Below, piece after piece: positions 9,034 to 17,169 of a DNA stretch of 64,000 nt. The notes beneath the pieces were generated by a model. That model did no database searches and was not told the DNA's origin. It saw only the letters and a program-made list of their open reading frames with translations. Each line of letters opens with the position of its first letter. Within the stretch, counting starts at the first letter, position 1. The position numbers and the translations under genes were made by a program. Source of the DNA: Bacteroidales bacterium (lineage in GTDB: Bacteria > Bacteroidota > Bacteroidia > Bacteroidales > JAIPAH01); NCBI GenBank assembly GCA_021738485.1, contig JAIPBX010000003.1, positions 1,241 to 65,240 on the forward strand. The letters are read 5' to 3'.

Positions 9034-9933
9034 CTACTCTTTAAATTCCTTCGGCTCTTGGATAGTAAATACGCGGTTGATGTTGAAACCAAAGTAGATG
9101 TCGCCATTGCCCCATTTGCCGCGGGTTTCGGTGATAAAGCCTCGCTCAAACATGGGCTGGGAATTGGTTAGATGAAGCTGGAAGACATGTCCGCCGGTTT
9201 CGAGGTCAACACCTATGGCCAGGGCATTTTCGTATTGCGGGTCATTACGTTCTCCGAAAACGTGGAAATATTCGGCATTAATACTCAGGCTGCCGGTAAT
9301 CATGTAGCGCCCGCTAAATCCGGTAGCGAAGATATCGTTATTGTCGTTGTTATCTTCCACCAGGTTTTTATGTACCAACGAAGGGGTAAGCTGAAGGGAA
9401 AGTTGGTCATTAAATTTCCGTGCGATTAGAAGCTGATGCACGTAGGAAACGTGGGAGGAGAAATGATTATTACGGTCGGGCTCCTGCCATTTCAGGGTGT
9501 TAACGTCTGTGGCGGCCAGGTAGGATACAGTAACCGGCATGGTTTTTTTCCCGCTGCTTTGCCTGAGCATCCGGTACTTGATATAGCCGTCGAGGGTTTT
9601 TTGGAAAGAACTTCTTCCGATACCGACAGCCAGGCGATCGGTTAGGCCATAATGGAGGTCCAGGCGTATAGTGGCCTGGTCCAGTCCGAAAAAATCAGAA
9701 ATCCCTTGGTTGATGCGCCCGAAATGATGGGATACTACAAACTGTAATACCCCATATGACGGACTTTTAACAGAGTGCCCCTGGATGACACGGGTGGATT
9801 TGAAGATAGCGTCGGCATAGGTGGTTTCCGGTTCATTATCATCGAGCATACCCATCAAATCATCCTGGGCAAAGGTAGAGGATGCAAAAACCAATATGAG
9901 TGGTAAAAACAAGGTTTTCCGAATATACGTCAT
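9034..9933 (-). CDS. Exported beta-barrel protein, DUF5777-like
   Basis: 299 aa. Signal peptide (LILVFASSTFAQ) and alternating beta-strand pattern. Last gene of a tight operon after YceI. DUF assignment is from recall. Confidence 0.5.
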   Translation of the reverse strand: MTYIRKTLFLPLILVFASSTFAQDDLMGMLDDNEPETTYADAIFKSTRVIQGHSVKSPSYGVLQFVVSHHFGRINQGISDFFGLDQATIRLDLHYGLTDRLAVGIGRSSFQKTLDGYIKYRMLRQSSGKKTMPVTVSYLAATDVNTLKWQEPDRNNHFSSHVSYVHQLLIARKFNDQLSLQLTPSLVHKNLVEDNNDNNDIFATGFSGRYMITGSLSINAEYFHVFGERNDPQYENALAIGVDLETGGHVFQLHLTNSQPMFERGFITETRGKWGNGDIYFGFNINRVFTIQEPKEFKE

Positions 9934-9938
9934 AAAGG

Positions 9939-10493
9939 TTATTTTTTAAATTTCTTTAATTTACAATCTACCGTTACTTTGACTTCTTTTGCGATATTTT
10001 CCCGGACAGAAGACGGGATTTTAATATCGTAATCCGCTACGGTTACCATAAATTCCGCCTGGGCATGCACCGTACCCCCCTCCACGGTAAGTGTGCCTTC
10101 TTCCTTTATACTATTTGTTACGCCATGAATAGTGAGCTTTCCCCCGACTTTGGCCGGGTATTCCCCATTTTTTGTAAAGTCGATTTCATCAATATTTGTA
10201 ATTTTCCCTTTAAGAGTGCTGTTGGGATATTTATCCGACTCCACGAACTTTTCATTAAAGTGTTCCTGCATTAATGCTTTTTTAAAAGAAAAAGATTTCA
10301 TCAACACTTTGAAAACCACTTCTCCGGTTTCGCTGTTCAGGGCAGCCTGAACCTGTCGGTTGTGTGCTTTGATATCTTCTACGGGTGTCGAACTGAAAAA
10401 TCGGATATAGCCGTTTTTCGTGATATATCGTTGAGCCGTTACGCTGCTTGCCATAAGCAGTAGCAGTAATAAAAGATTCAGTGTTTTTTTCAT
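9939..10493 (-). CDS. YceI family (polyisoprenoid-binding-like) exported protein
   Basis: 184 aa. Signal peptide, then IRFFSSTPVEDIKAHNRQVQAALN...KSFSFKKALMQEHFNEKFVESDKYPNSTLKG, which is typical of Bacteroidota YceI-like domains. Confidence 0.7.
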   Translation of the reverse strand: MKKTLNLLLLLLLMASSVTAQRYITKNGYIRFFSSTPVEDIKAHNRQVQAALNSETGEVVFKVLMKSFSFKKALMQEHFNEKFVESDKYPNSTLKGKITNIDEIDFTKNGEYPAKVGGKLTIHGVTNSIKEEGTLTVEGGTVHAQAEFMVTVADYDIKIPSSVRENIAKEVKVTVDCKLKKFKK

Positions 10494-10511
10494 AGTTATT
10501 TCGATTTTATG

Positions 10512-10943
10512 TTAGTTAAAAGAGCAATGTTCCATGATCACATCTGTATCGTTGTATCCTGTACACAGGCCTTTGATGCTTACATTGGCCGGTGTGGACA
10601 GGTTTTTCGCTTTCTGGTTATATTTTGGCAGCAAAGTACACCGGATCCCTTCATTACCAAACATCCCTGTTGAAAAAACGAAAACTCCTATTGTAAGAGA
10701 ATCGGTTTGTATCACCTTATCCAATTCACCTTTAACCTGGATCATCTTCCCGGTATATTTCTTATTGGCCGCAACTGTTTGATTTTTAAACTCATCGTAA
10801 AATTCCTTAGCCGAAAGGGTGTATTCGGCCACTTCCTTTTCATAATCAGGATGCGGCTTGTTGTAGACAAACCGGTAGACCAGAAAAGCGGCAATGATGC
10901 CGATTAGAGCCAGTATCCCGATAATTTTCAATGTTTTTCTCAT
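10512..10943 (-). CDS. Membrane-anchored OB-fold protein, tRNA_anti-like family
   Basis: 143 aa. N-terminal TM, then YNKPHPDYEKE...AKEFYDEFKNQTVAANKKYTGKMIQVKGEL, matching my memory of the tRNA_anti-like (PF12869) pattern. Confidence 0.5.
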   Translation of the reverse strand: MRKTLKIIGILALIGIIAAFLVYRFVYNKPHPDYEKEVAEYTLSAKEFYDEFKNQTVAANKKYTGKMIQVKGELDKVIQTDSLTIGVFVFSTGMFGNEGIRCTLLPKYNQKAKNLSTPANVSIKGLCTGYNDTDVIMEHCSFN

Positions 10944-10963
10944 AATACTTTGGTTTTACATTA

Positions 10964-11335
10964 TTAATTTCTTGGCGTGCCGTTATCGATCCAAATCCTG
11001 ATTTTTTTCAGGTCACAATCAGGGAGTTGTTCTGCATCTTTAGGCATCGGTGTATAACCGGGCTCGTGGTTTACAGCTCCCCATAGTTGCCCGTTTTCAG
11101 CTATTGTTTTCAAATCCTGATAGTTATCAGTAAAAACCCCTGCATTAGCTGACACTTGATTATGGCAGCTATTGCAGTTGTTTTCCATAATAGGAGCAAT
11201 TTTTGTTTCGTAAGTTACATTGGTTGTGTCGCATTGGCTGCTTTGCGGATAAAGGTCTTCCTCATTATCGTAGTAGCAACCCCCAAATAAACCTGCAAAA
11301 AATATTATGGCCGGTATAAAAAAGAGTTTTTTCAT
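10964..11335 (-). CDS. Lipoprotein with one c-type heme-binding (CxxCH) PSCyt1-like module
   Basis: 123 aa. Lipobox (FAGLFGGC). Motif NNCNSCHN. Ends KKIRIWIDNGTPRN, like the planctomycete-type cytochrome c domain. Confidence 0.6.
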   Translation of the reverse strand: MKKLFFIPAIIFFAGLFGGCYYDNEEDLYPQSSQCDTTNVTYETKIAPIMENNCNSCHNQVSANAGVFTDNYQDLKTIAENGQLWGAVNHEPGYTPMPKDAEQLPDCDLKKIRIWIDNGTPRN

Positions 11336-11339
11336 GACA

Positions 11340-12068
11340 TTAATTCGGTGTTCCGTTTTCTATCCATTTATCTATTATTGTTGTATTACAATTGCTTAGC
11401 GGGTTTTCAGGCGGCATTTGCGGGTAACCCTGCTGATCATTCATTACACCCTGCAAAGTACCGTTGTTGGCCAATACTGCAACCTGGTCATAGTTTTCCA
11501 GAACCACTCCGCCGTTTGCTGTGGCTTCATCATGACATCCCAGGCAGTTGTTACTGATTAAGGTGGCTACCTGGTCGGTATAGGTGACATCAGTTGTATC
11601 GCAACTTGTTTCCATACATTCATTGTTTTTTGCGCCCTGGGCTATCCATGTGCGAATCATATTAATTTTATCCTGCGAAAGACGATCATTAGGAGGCGGA
11701 GGCATGCGGTCGTCTTCGTCTTCTTCCGTTATTTGTTCATAGATTTCACTGTTATCCGGCCTGCCGGGCTCCACATCTCCGGTTTCTATGATGTCCCGGT
11801 AGTTGGTGAGTACCACACCTTCCGTTGCCGATTCCTGGCTATGGCAACCCATAGTGCCACATGAGGATTGCAATACAGGTAATACGTCGTTTTTGAAGTA
11901 CACCGTATCATCAGAACATTCCACCATATTATCGCCATTGTCTGTTGTATCACTATTATCCCCACCTCCATTGCTTTCATCGCCGGGGCGTACCATATCG
12001 TTCGGTTCATGGGTGCAGGAGAACGCTATGGCTCCAAGCATTAAGAAAAATAAAAAACTCTTTTTCAT
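11340..12068 (-). CDS. Lipoprotein with two c-type heme-binding PSCyt1-like modules
   Basis: The ORF track starts at 12083. I prefer the MKKSFLFFLMLGAIAFSC lipoprotein start at 12068. Motifs are SSCGTMGCHS (C-x4-CH) and NNCLGCHD (CxxCH), each followed by a W-I-x-x-G-(A/T) end block. Confidence 0.6.
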   Translation of the reverse strand: MKKSFLFFLMLGAIAFSCTHEPNDMVRPGDESNGGGDNSDTTDNGDNMVECSDDTVYFKNDVLPVLQSSCGTMGCHSQESATEGVVLTNYRDIIETGDVEPGRPDNSEIYEQITEEDEDDRMPPPPNDRLSQDKINMIRTWIAQGAKNNECMETSCDTTDVTYTDQVATLISNNCLGCHDEATANGGVVLENYDQVAVLANNGTLQGVMNDQQGYPQMPPENPLSNCNTTIIDKWIENGTPN

Positions 12069-12217
12069 AATTTTTCCTGTCATGACATTCTAATTAACAA
12101 TTATTTTTCCGGTATGGTGTTTAATTAACTGAATTTTAACAATTTAATTTTTAATAAACTTTGCCGCCCATGAGGCTTTTGAAGTCTTTTGTAGTATTTT
12201 GAGATAAGTCTCGGTAT

Positions 12218-12346
12218 TTAAGTGGTCAATAGCAATCCTCGCCTCCCGTTTGGCCATACTGCCAGACAGAAATGTCCGGCTGCTCCAATGGTTAATCCGA
12301 GTATGATACGAAGAATTTTGTCAGTTTTACTTACATTGCATTTCAT
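12218..12346 (-). CDS. 42-aa small membrane protein, DUF2892/YgaP-TM-like (possibly truncated)
   Basis: Below the ORF-track size cut-off. My translation is MKCNVSKTDKILRIILGLTIGAAGHFCLAVWPNGRRGLLLTT*. The N-terminal half resembles the DUF2892 consensus (N-V-x-x-x-D-R-I-x-R-I-x-L-G). Confidence 0.3.
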   Translation of the reverse strand: MKCNVSKTDKILRIILGLTIGAAGHFCLAVWPNGRRGLLLTT

Positions 12347-12466
12347 AAGATTGATTTTTTTCAATTAAAAAGAATTACTTCTTGCAAAATTCTTATTATT
12401 GTCACCCTAATGAGCAATAAATGTTTATTAGTAAAGTTATTAAAAAAGTTCGTAATATTTCAAGAT

Positions 12467-14809
12467 ATGATAAGAGCATTGTTTACTTTTCTGATTGTAA
12501 GCTTTTTTATGGTTTCAGGGTTACATTCGCAGGATTCGGATTTAAACCAATTTTATGATCACTTACCATATAACCAAGCTATTTCATTGGCATTTGGCGA
12601 TGACAATATATATGCCGCAACACCATTCAGCCTTTTTACATACAATTTGAATGATTATAGTGTGGAGCGCCTGACGAGGGTGGAAGGCCTAAACGATATT
12701 GATATTAGCCGGATCGACTATAATAATCAGGAAAACGCTTTGTTTATAGCCTATAAGAACACCAATATTGATCTTATTAAAGACGGCGAGATTATTAATA
12801 TTTCGGATATTAAAAGGCAGCAGATATTGGGGAATAAGACCATTAATGAGATTTATATGAAAGGCAAATACGCTTACCTTGCCTGTGGTTTTGGTATTGT
12901 GGTGGTCGACATAGTACGGGAGGAGATTCATGATACTTATAAGATCGGACCGGATGGAAGTTTGATAAATGTGTATGATTTTATCTATCATCCCGAAGAC
13001 AACCATTTTTATGCGGCAACAGAATCGGGGATATATTCCGCAGATGCTGATAGCCCCAATTTGGCTCATTTTATTTATTGGCATAAAGATACTACCCTGA
13101 GCAATAATAATGCGGTTTATAACCAGTTGGTATCGCATGGAAAGTATGTGGTGACTAATAAGCATGGAGAAGAGTATGATAATGATACCATTTTATATAA
13201 AGATGGTACAAATTGGATAAAACTGGAGGCAGAAGAAGCCCAGAATCATACTAATGCATCCAATATCCGAAGTAATGGGGATAAGTTATTGATATCCCAC
13301 ACGAGAGCCGTTCGTTTTTTTGATGATGAGTTCAATTTTACCGGAAACATTTATACTTATGGTGAAGGGAAGGTGCGTCCTAGTCCTTATGATTGCTGGC
13401 AGGATGCAGATGGAAATTATTGGGTAGCAGATGGAATACAGGGATTGGTTAAAACCCAGGGGAATTACAACACCGAATTTATAAGACCATCAGGACCCGC
13501 TTATCCGGCCTCGTTCGATATGGCTTCATTTGAAAATGATCTTTGGGTGGCCTCGGGAGGCTATCAAAGTGACTGGAGCCCTTCCGGTCTGAATAATGGG
13601 GCATACACTTATTTAAATGGTGATTGGAAATCCTTTAACCGAAGGAATATGCAAGCTTTTGATACAATACGGGATGTGGTTACCGTAGCCATAGAGCCTG
13701 GCACCGGCGAACGTATTTACATGGGTTCATGGACGCAGGGATTATTGGAATTTTCAAAGAATGATGGTATACAGCAGATCTATGATAAGAGTAATAGTAC
13801 TTTGCAGGGAAACCTTGCAGTTACGGGATATGTGCAGGTGAGTGGACTGGGATTTGACGATGAAAATAACCTTTGGGTTGCGAATACAGGGGTGAATGAT
13901 GTGCTTTCGGTCAAAAAAGCCAACGGAGAATGGAAAGCTTTTAATTTAGGCTCACAATCCAGTGGAAGTTTTATCGGAGAGATGATCGTTGATGCGAATA
14001 ACCAGAAATGGCTGCTTACAAGAGAACATGATATACTGGTGTTTGATGATAACGGCACAATCGATCAAACGCAGGATGATAATGTCAGGATACTTACTTC
14101 TGCCCAGGGGAATGGGAACTTGCCGGGTTCGCAGTCTGTATATTCCATAGCCGAAGATTTGGATGGCAATATTTGGGTAGGAACCGATGAAGGCGTGGGA
14201 GTTTTTTATAATCCTGAGAATGTATCGGCCGGCGAACCTGTCAATGCTGAAAAACCGAAGGTGGAAGTGGATGGGTACGTACAGTATCTTTTAAGTTCTG
14301 AAAAAGTTACGTCAATTGCCGTAGACGGCGCTAACAGAAAATGGTTTGGTACGGAAAGAGCCGGTGTATTTTTGATGTCGGAGGATGGTACGGAACAGAT
14401 CAAGCATTTTAATATTGATAACAGCCCGTTATTCTCCAATGAAATTAACTCTATGTCTATTACTGATAATGGGATGGTTTTTATAGGAACCTCCAAAGGA
14501 ATAATATCTTACAAGAGCGATGCTACTCCGGCACCTTCTTCCAATGACATTTTTATCTATCCTAATCCGGTAACCAAAGGTTATGAGGGACCTATTTACA
14601 TAGAAAACCTGGTGAAAGATGCTAACGTAAAAATTACTGATATTAGTGGGAATATTGTTTATGAAACCACTGCCAAAGGAGGGTTGGCTACATGGAAAGG
14701 AGCTGATTTTGGGGGTGAGCGAGTAAAAACAGGGTATTATTTGGTTTTTGCTTCTAATGAGGACGGAAGTGAGGCCATTGTATCAAAAATTCTGGTAATT
14801 GACCAATAA
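12467..14809 (+). CDS. porZ: T9SS protein with two beta-propeller-like regions and a C-terminal sorting domain, PorZ-like
   Basis: The track ORF starts at 12410. I prefer the signal-peptide start MIRALFTFLIVSFFMVSGLHSQ at 12467. The N-terminal block LTRVEGLNDIDISRIDYNNQENALFIAYKNTNIDLI is PorZ-like. The C-terminus IYPNPVTKG...KITDISGNIVYE...GYYLVFAS is a T9SS CTD. Confidence 0.6.
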   Translation: MIRALFTFLIVSFFMVSGLHSQDSDLNQFYDHLPYNQAISLAFGDDNIYAATPFSLFTYNLNDYSVERLTRVEGLNDIDISRIDYNNQENALFIAYKNTNIDLIKDGEIINISDIKRQQILGNKTINEIYMKGKYAYLACGFGIVVVDIVREEIHDTYKIGPDGSLINVYDFIYHPEDNHFYAATESGIYSADADSPNLAHFIYWHKDTTLSNNNAVYNQLVSHGKYVVTNKHGEEYDNDTILYKDGTNWIKLEAEEAQNHTNASNIRSNGDKLLISHTRAVRFFDDEFNFTGNIYTYGEGKVRPSPYDCWQDADGNYWVADGIQGLVKTQGNYNTEFIRPSGPAYPASFDMASFENDLWVASGGYQSDWSPSGLNNGAYTYLNGDWKSFNRRNMQAFDTIRDVVTVAIEPGTGERIYMGSWTQGLLEFSKNDGIQQIYDKSNSTLQGNLAVTGYVQVSGLGFDDENNLWVANTGVNDVLSVKKANGEWKAFNLGSQSSGSFIGEMIVDANNQKWLLTREHDILVFDDNGTIDQTQDDNVRILTSAQGNGNLPGSQSVYSIAEDLDGNIWVGTDEGVGVFYNPENVSAGEPVNAEKPKVEVDGYVQYLLSSEKVTSIAVDGANRKWFGTERAGVFLMSEDGTEQIKHFNIDNSPLFSNEINSMSITDNGMVFIGTSKGIISYKSDATPAPSSNDIFIYPNPVTKGYEGPIYIENLVKDANVKITDISGNIVYETTAKGGLATWKGADFGGERVKTGYYLVFASNEDGSEAIVSKILVIDQ

Positions 14810-15531
14810 TGCTTCATAAAACCAAGGGGATTTTTTTTCAGAAAATTAATTACTCTGAAAGCAGTTTAATTGTCAGGATATATACCCGCAAGTTTGGTCT
14901 GCAATCGTACCTGCTGAAAGGTGCCCGGAAGAAAAGATCCCGGATGCAGAGCAATGTTCTACAGCATCTTGTCTTGCTGGATATGGAGGTTTATCACCGC
15001 GAGAATGCCAACCTGCAGAAAATAAAAGAATTTGGCATTTCCAGGCATTTCGTGGAGATCCCCTATAGCATACGAAAAAGTGCTATTGCCATGTTTCTCA
15101 ACGAGGTGCTTATTAAAAGCATAAAGGAGGAGGAGGCCAATACTTCACTTTTTGAATTTCTGGAAAACGCCCTTGTTTTCTTAGATAACACACAGGAAAA
15201 AGTCACGAATTTTCATTTAATATTTCTTTTACAACTAACGCGTTTTTTGGGATTTTATCCGCATAACAATTTTTCCCGACAGACCCCTTATTTTGATATG
15301 AGCGAAGGTCGTTTTATTTCTTCAATGAGACATCCCCAGGTCATGGATGAATCGAAGAGCTTATGGCTTAGTCGCCTTATGAAGGGGTCTTTAGAAAACA
15401 TGGATCAATTACAATTACCCCATGAGCAACATACCGGGTTAATGAAGAAAATTCTTGATTATTACACGCTTCATTTGCCGGGATTTTCAAAGGTAAAGTC
15501 AATGGAAGTTCTCCAGGCAGTTTTTTTGTAA
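14809..15531 (+). CDS. recO: DNA repair protein RecO
   Basis: 240 aa. N-terminus KTKGIFFQKINYSESSLIVRIYTRKFGLQSYLLKGARKKRS is typical RecO. The ATG overlaps the porZ stop (TAATG). Confidence 0.85.
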   Translation: MLHKTKGIFFQKINYSESSLIVRIYTRKFGLQSYLLKGARKKRSRMQSNVLQHLVLLDMEVYHRENANLQKIKEFGISRHFVEIPYSIRKSAIAMFLNEVLIKSIKEEEANTSLFEFLENALVFLDNTQEKVTNFHLIFLLQLTRFLGFYPHNNFSRQTPYFDMSEGRFISSMRHPQVMDESKSLWLSRLMKGSLENMDQLQLPHEQHTGLMKKILDYYTLHLPGFSKVKSMEVLQAVFL

Positions 15532-15560
15532 CTCGCTAAAATACAAAGTCTAATTATAGC

Positions 15561-15863
15561 TTACAGGCTTTTATATCTTACTTTTCGGAGGGATATTTCA
15601 TAGCCCTCTTTTGCACAATGGGGGCATGTTTCATGGTTCTCCGTGTGCTCCAAATGGCAACGATCACATACATACCTTTCAATGGTCACTAAGTGGCCTT
15701 TTTCGCTTATGAGTAATGCAATTAAACCCGCTAAAGGGGTTAAAAACACAGACAGTAAAACAACCCAGACCGGTTTTATTCTGAAATTTCTGGAGGCCTT
15801 ATAAAGTATTAAGACGAATACAACATAAATCAACCCTCCAATTAATAAAAAAGTTATTTGCAT
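15561..15863 (-). CDS. Small membrane protein with C-terminal zinc-ribbon (CxxC...CxxC)
   Basis: 100 aa. Two TM helices, then CDRCHLEH...CPHCAKEG. Confidence 0.5.
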   Translation of the reverse strand: MQITFLLIGGLIYVVFVLILYKASRNFRIKPVWVVLLSVFLTPLAGLIALLISEKGHLVTIERYVCDRCHLEHTENHETCPHCAKEGYEISLRKVRYKSL

Positions 15864-15991
15864 TTAAACTACAACAATTATCCCTCAGCTCCTCTGCGGG
15901 CAAAAATAATAATTGTTTTTGGATTTCTTTGTTTATTTGTTTTTAAAACTTAATCAAAAGCAGATATTTTTTTTCGATCGTGGCACAAGTC

Positions 15992-16023
15992 AAAAAAAGC
16001 TGCCTTTAACAAAAGGCAGCTTT
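15992..16023 (-). terminator. Intrinsic terminator after the TPR gene
   Basis: 12-bp perfect stem AAAGCTGCCTTT (15996-16007) / AAAGGCAGCTTT (16012-16023) with loop AACA. On the minus strand it is followed by a T-run (plus-strand A-run 15992-15998). Confidence 0.7.
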
Positions 16024-16047
16024 GGTAACTAATACTGTAAGACGTTT

Positions 16048-17013
16048 TTATTCACATTCCAAAACTTCTTCCATCTGGTATTTAGCAGCTTCACTGCTGG
16101 GGCCATTCAGGGCCTTTTTATAAGCCTCACAAGCCTGCTGGGTCTTATTTAATCCTGAATAAGCGTTTCCTAACTCAAAATAGACATTTCCTTTCAGGTC
16201 TTTATCCGGCTCGCTGTCCAGAGCTTTCTGTGCGAATTTCGCTCCTTTTTCATATTGCCTTTGTTTGTTATAAACTACAGAAGACAAATAGAAGCCCTGG
16301 GCATTACCCGAACCATACTTGTTGTATTTTTTAATGTCATCAAGGGCGGCGGCATAGTTTTCTTCATCTACTTTTGCCTTGGCCTTTTTAAGATAATAAG
16401 TCTGGACTGAAGATACGGCGCTGCGTGCCGATTTGCCATTGGGGTTTATTTCTTTAATTTTCTTTACCGTAGATAGCATTTTGTCTTCTTGATTCAGCGA
16501 TTTATATATCAGCAGCTTACCCAAATAAGCTTTAGCATATTTGTTATTGAACTCAATAGCTTTATCAAAATACTTGTGGGCTTCTTCAAAATTTTTCTTT
16601 TTACGATTTGAATTGGCAATAGCGTTATAAAGAGCTGGAACATTACGGGCCGCTTTTTTATAGAGGCTGTTGTTATTATATTTTTGAGCTATTTCAGCAG
16701 TTTTTTTGAACTTATTGGCCGCTTCCAGGTAATTTTTGCTTTTATAAGCTTCAGAGGCGGCTTTGAAATGCATTAGCGGTAACTGTTTTTTTGCCGACTC
16801 TTCAATATTCAATGCATCCGGACCAGCCATTTCGGCCAGGTCAATGGCTTTTTTGAATTGGTCCGCTGCTTCTTCAAATTTTCCTTCCTTCTTGAGACTT
16901 ATCCCCTCGTTTAAGGCTGCGCCGGCCTCATCAACCGATTGTGCCTGAACCAGCACTGATGTCCCCAATAAAAACACGATGGCTAAAAATACTTTTTGGA
17001 TTGAATCTTTCAT
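16048..17013 (-). CDS. Exported tetratricopeptide-repeat (TPR) protein
   Basis: 321 aa. Signal peptide. Repeated A-x-x-x-F-x-K-A-I/L-E-x-N/D-P 34-aa units (for example FEEAHKYFDKAIEFNNKYAKAYLGK). Confidence 0.7.
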   Translation of the reverse strand: MKDSIQKVFLAIVFLLGTSVLVQAQSVDEAGAALNEGISLKKEGKFEEAADQFKKAIDLAEMAGPDALNIEESAKKQLPLMHFKAASEAYKSKNYLEAANKFKKTAEIAQKYNNNSLYKKAARNVPALYNAIANSNRKKKNFEEAHKYFDKAIEFNNKYAKAYLGKLLIYKSLNQEDKMLSTVKKIKEINPNGKSARSAVSSVQTYYLKKAKAKVDEENYAAALDDIKKYNKYGSGNAQGFYLSSVVYNKQRQYEKGAKFAQKALDSEPDKDLKGNVYFELGNAYSGLNKTQQACEAYKKALNGPSSEAAKYQMEEVLECE

Positions 17014-17169
17014 AATAATAAATTTTTGATTATAAACTCATTTAAAAACAGTTGCAGGCAAAAATAAAAAAATATCTCAGTGCAACAACCATTAAATTTT
17101 TGACAAAAACTCTGCCAAAGGTAGCCCTATGCGTAAAGCCCCCAGAATGTTATATATTGAATACCAAGC

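Noticed and set aside
12410-12466. N-terminal extensions given by the ORF track. These are porZ 12410, lysS 18927, sodB 39755 (TTG), PRODH 45650, the ATP-grasp gene 31541 (GTG) and the heme lipoprotein 12083.
   Set aside because: In each case an internal ATG gives a conventional start (a signal peptide, or a conserved family N-terminus such as MAFELPSLPF for SOD). The extension adds unrelated residues.
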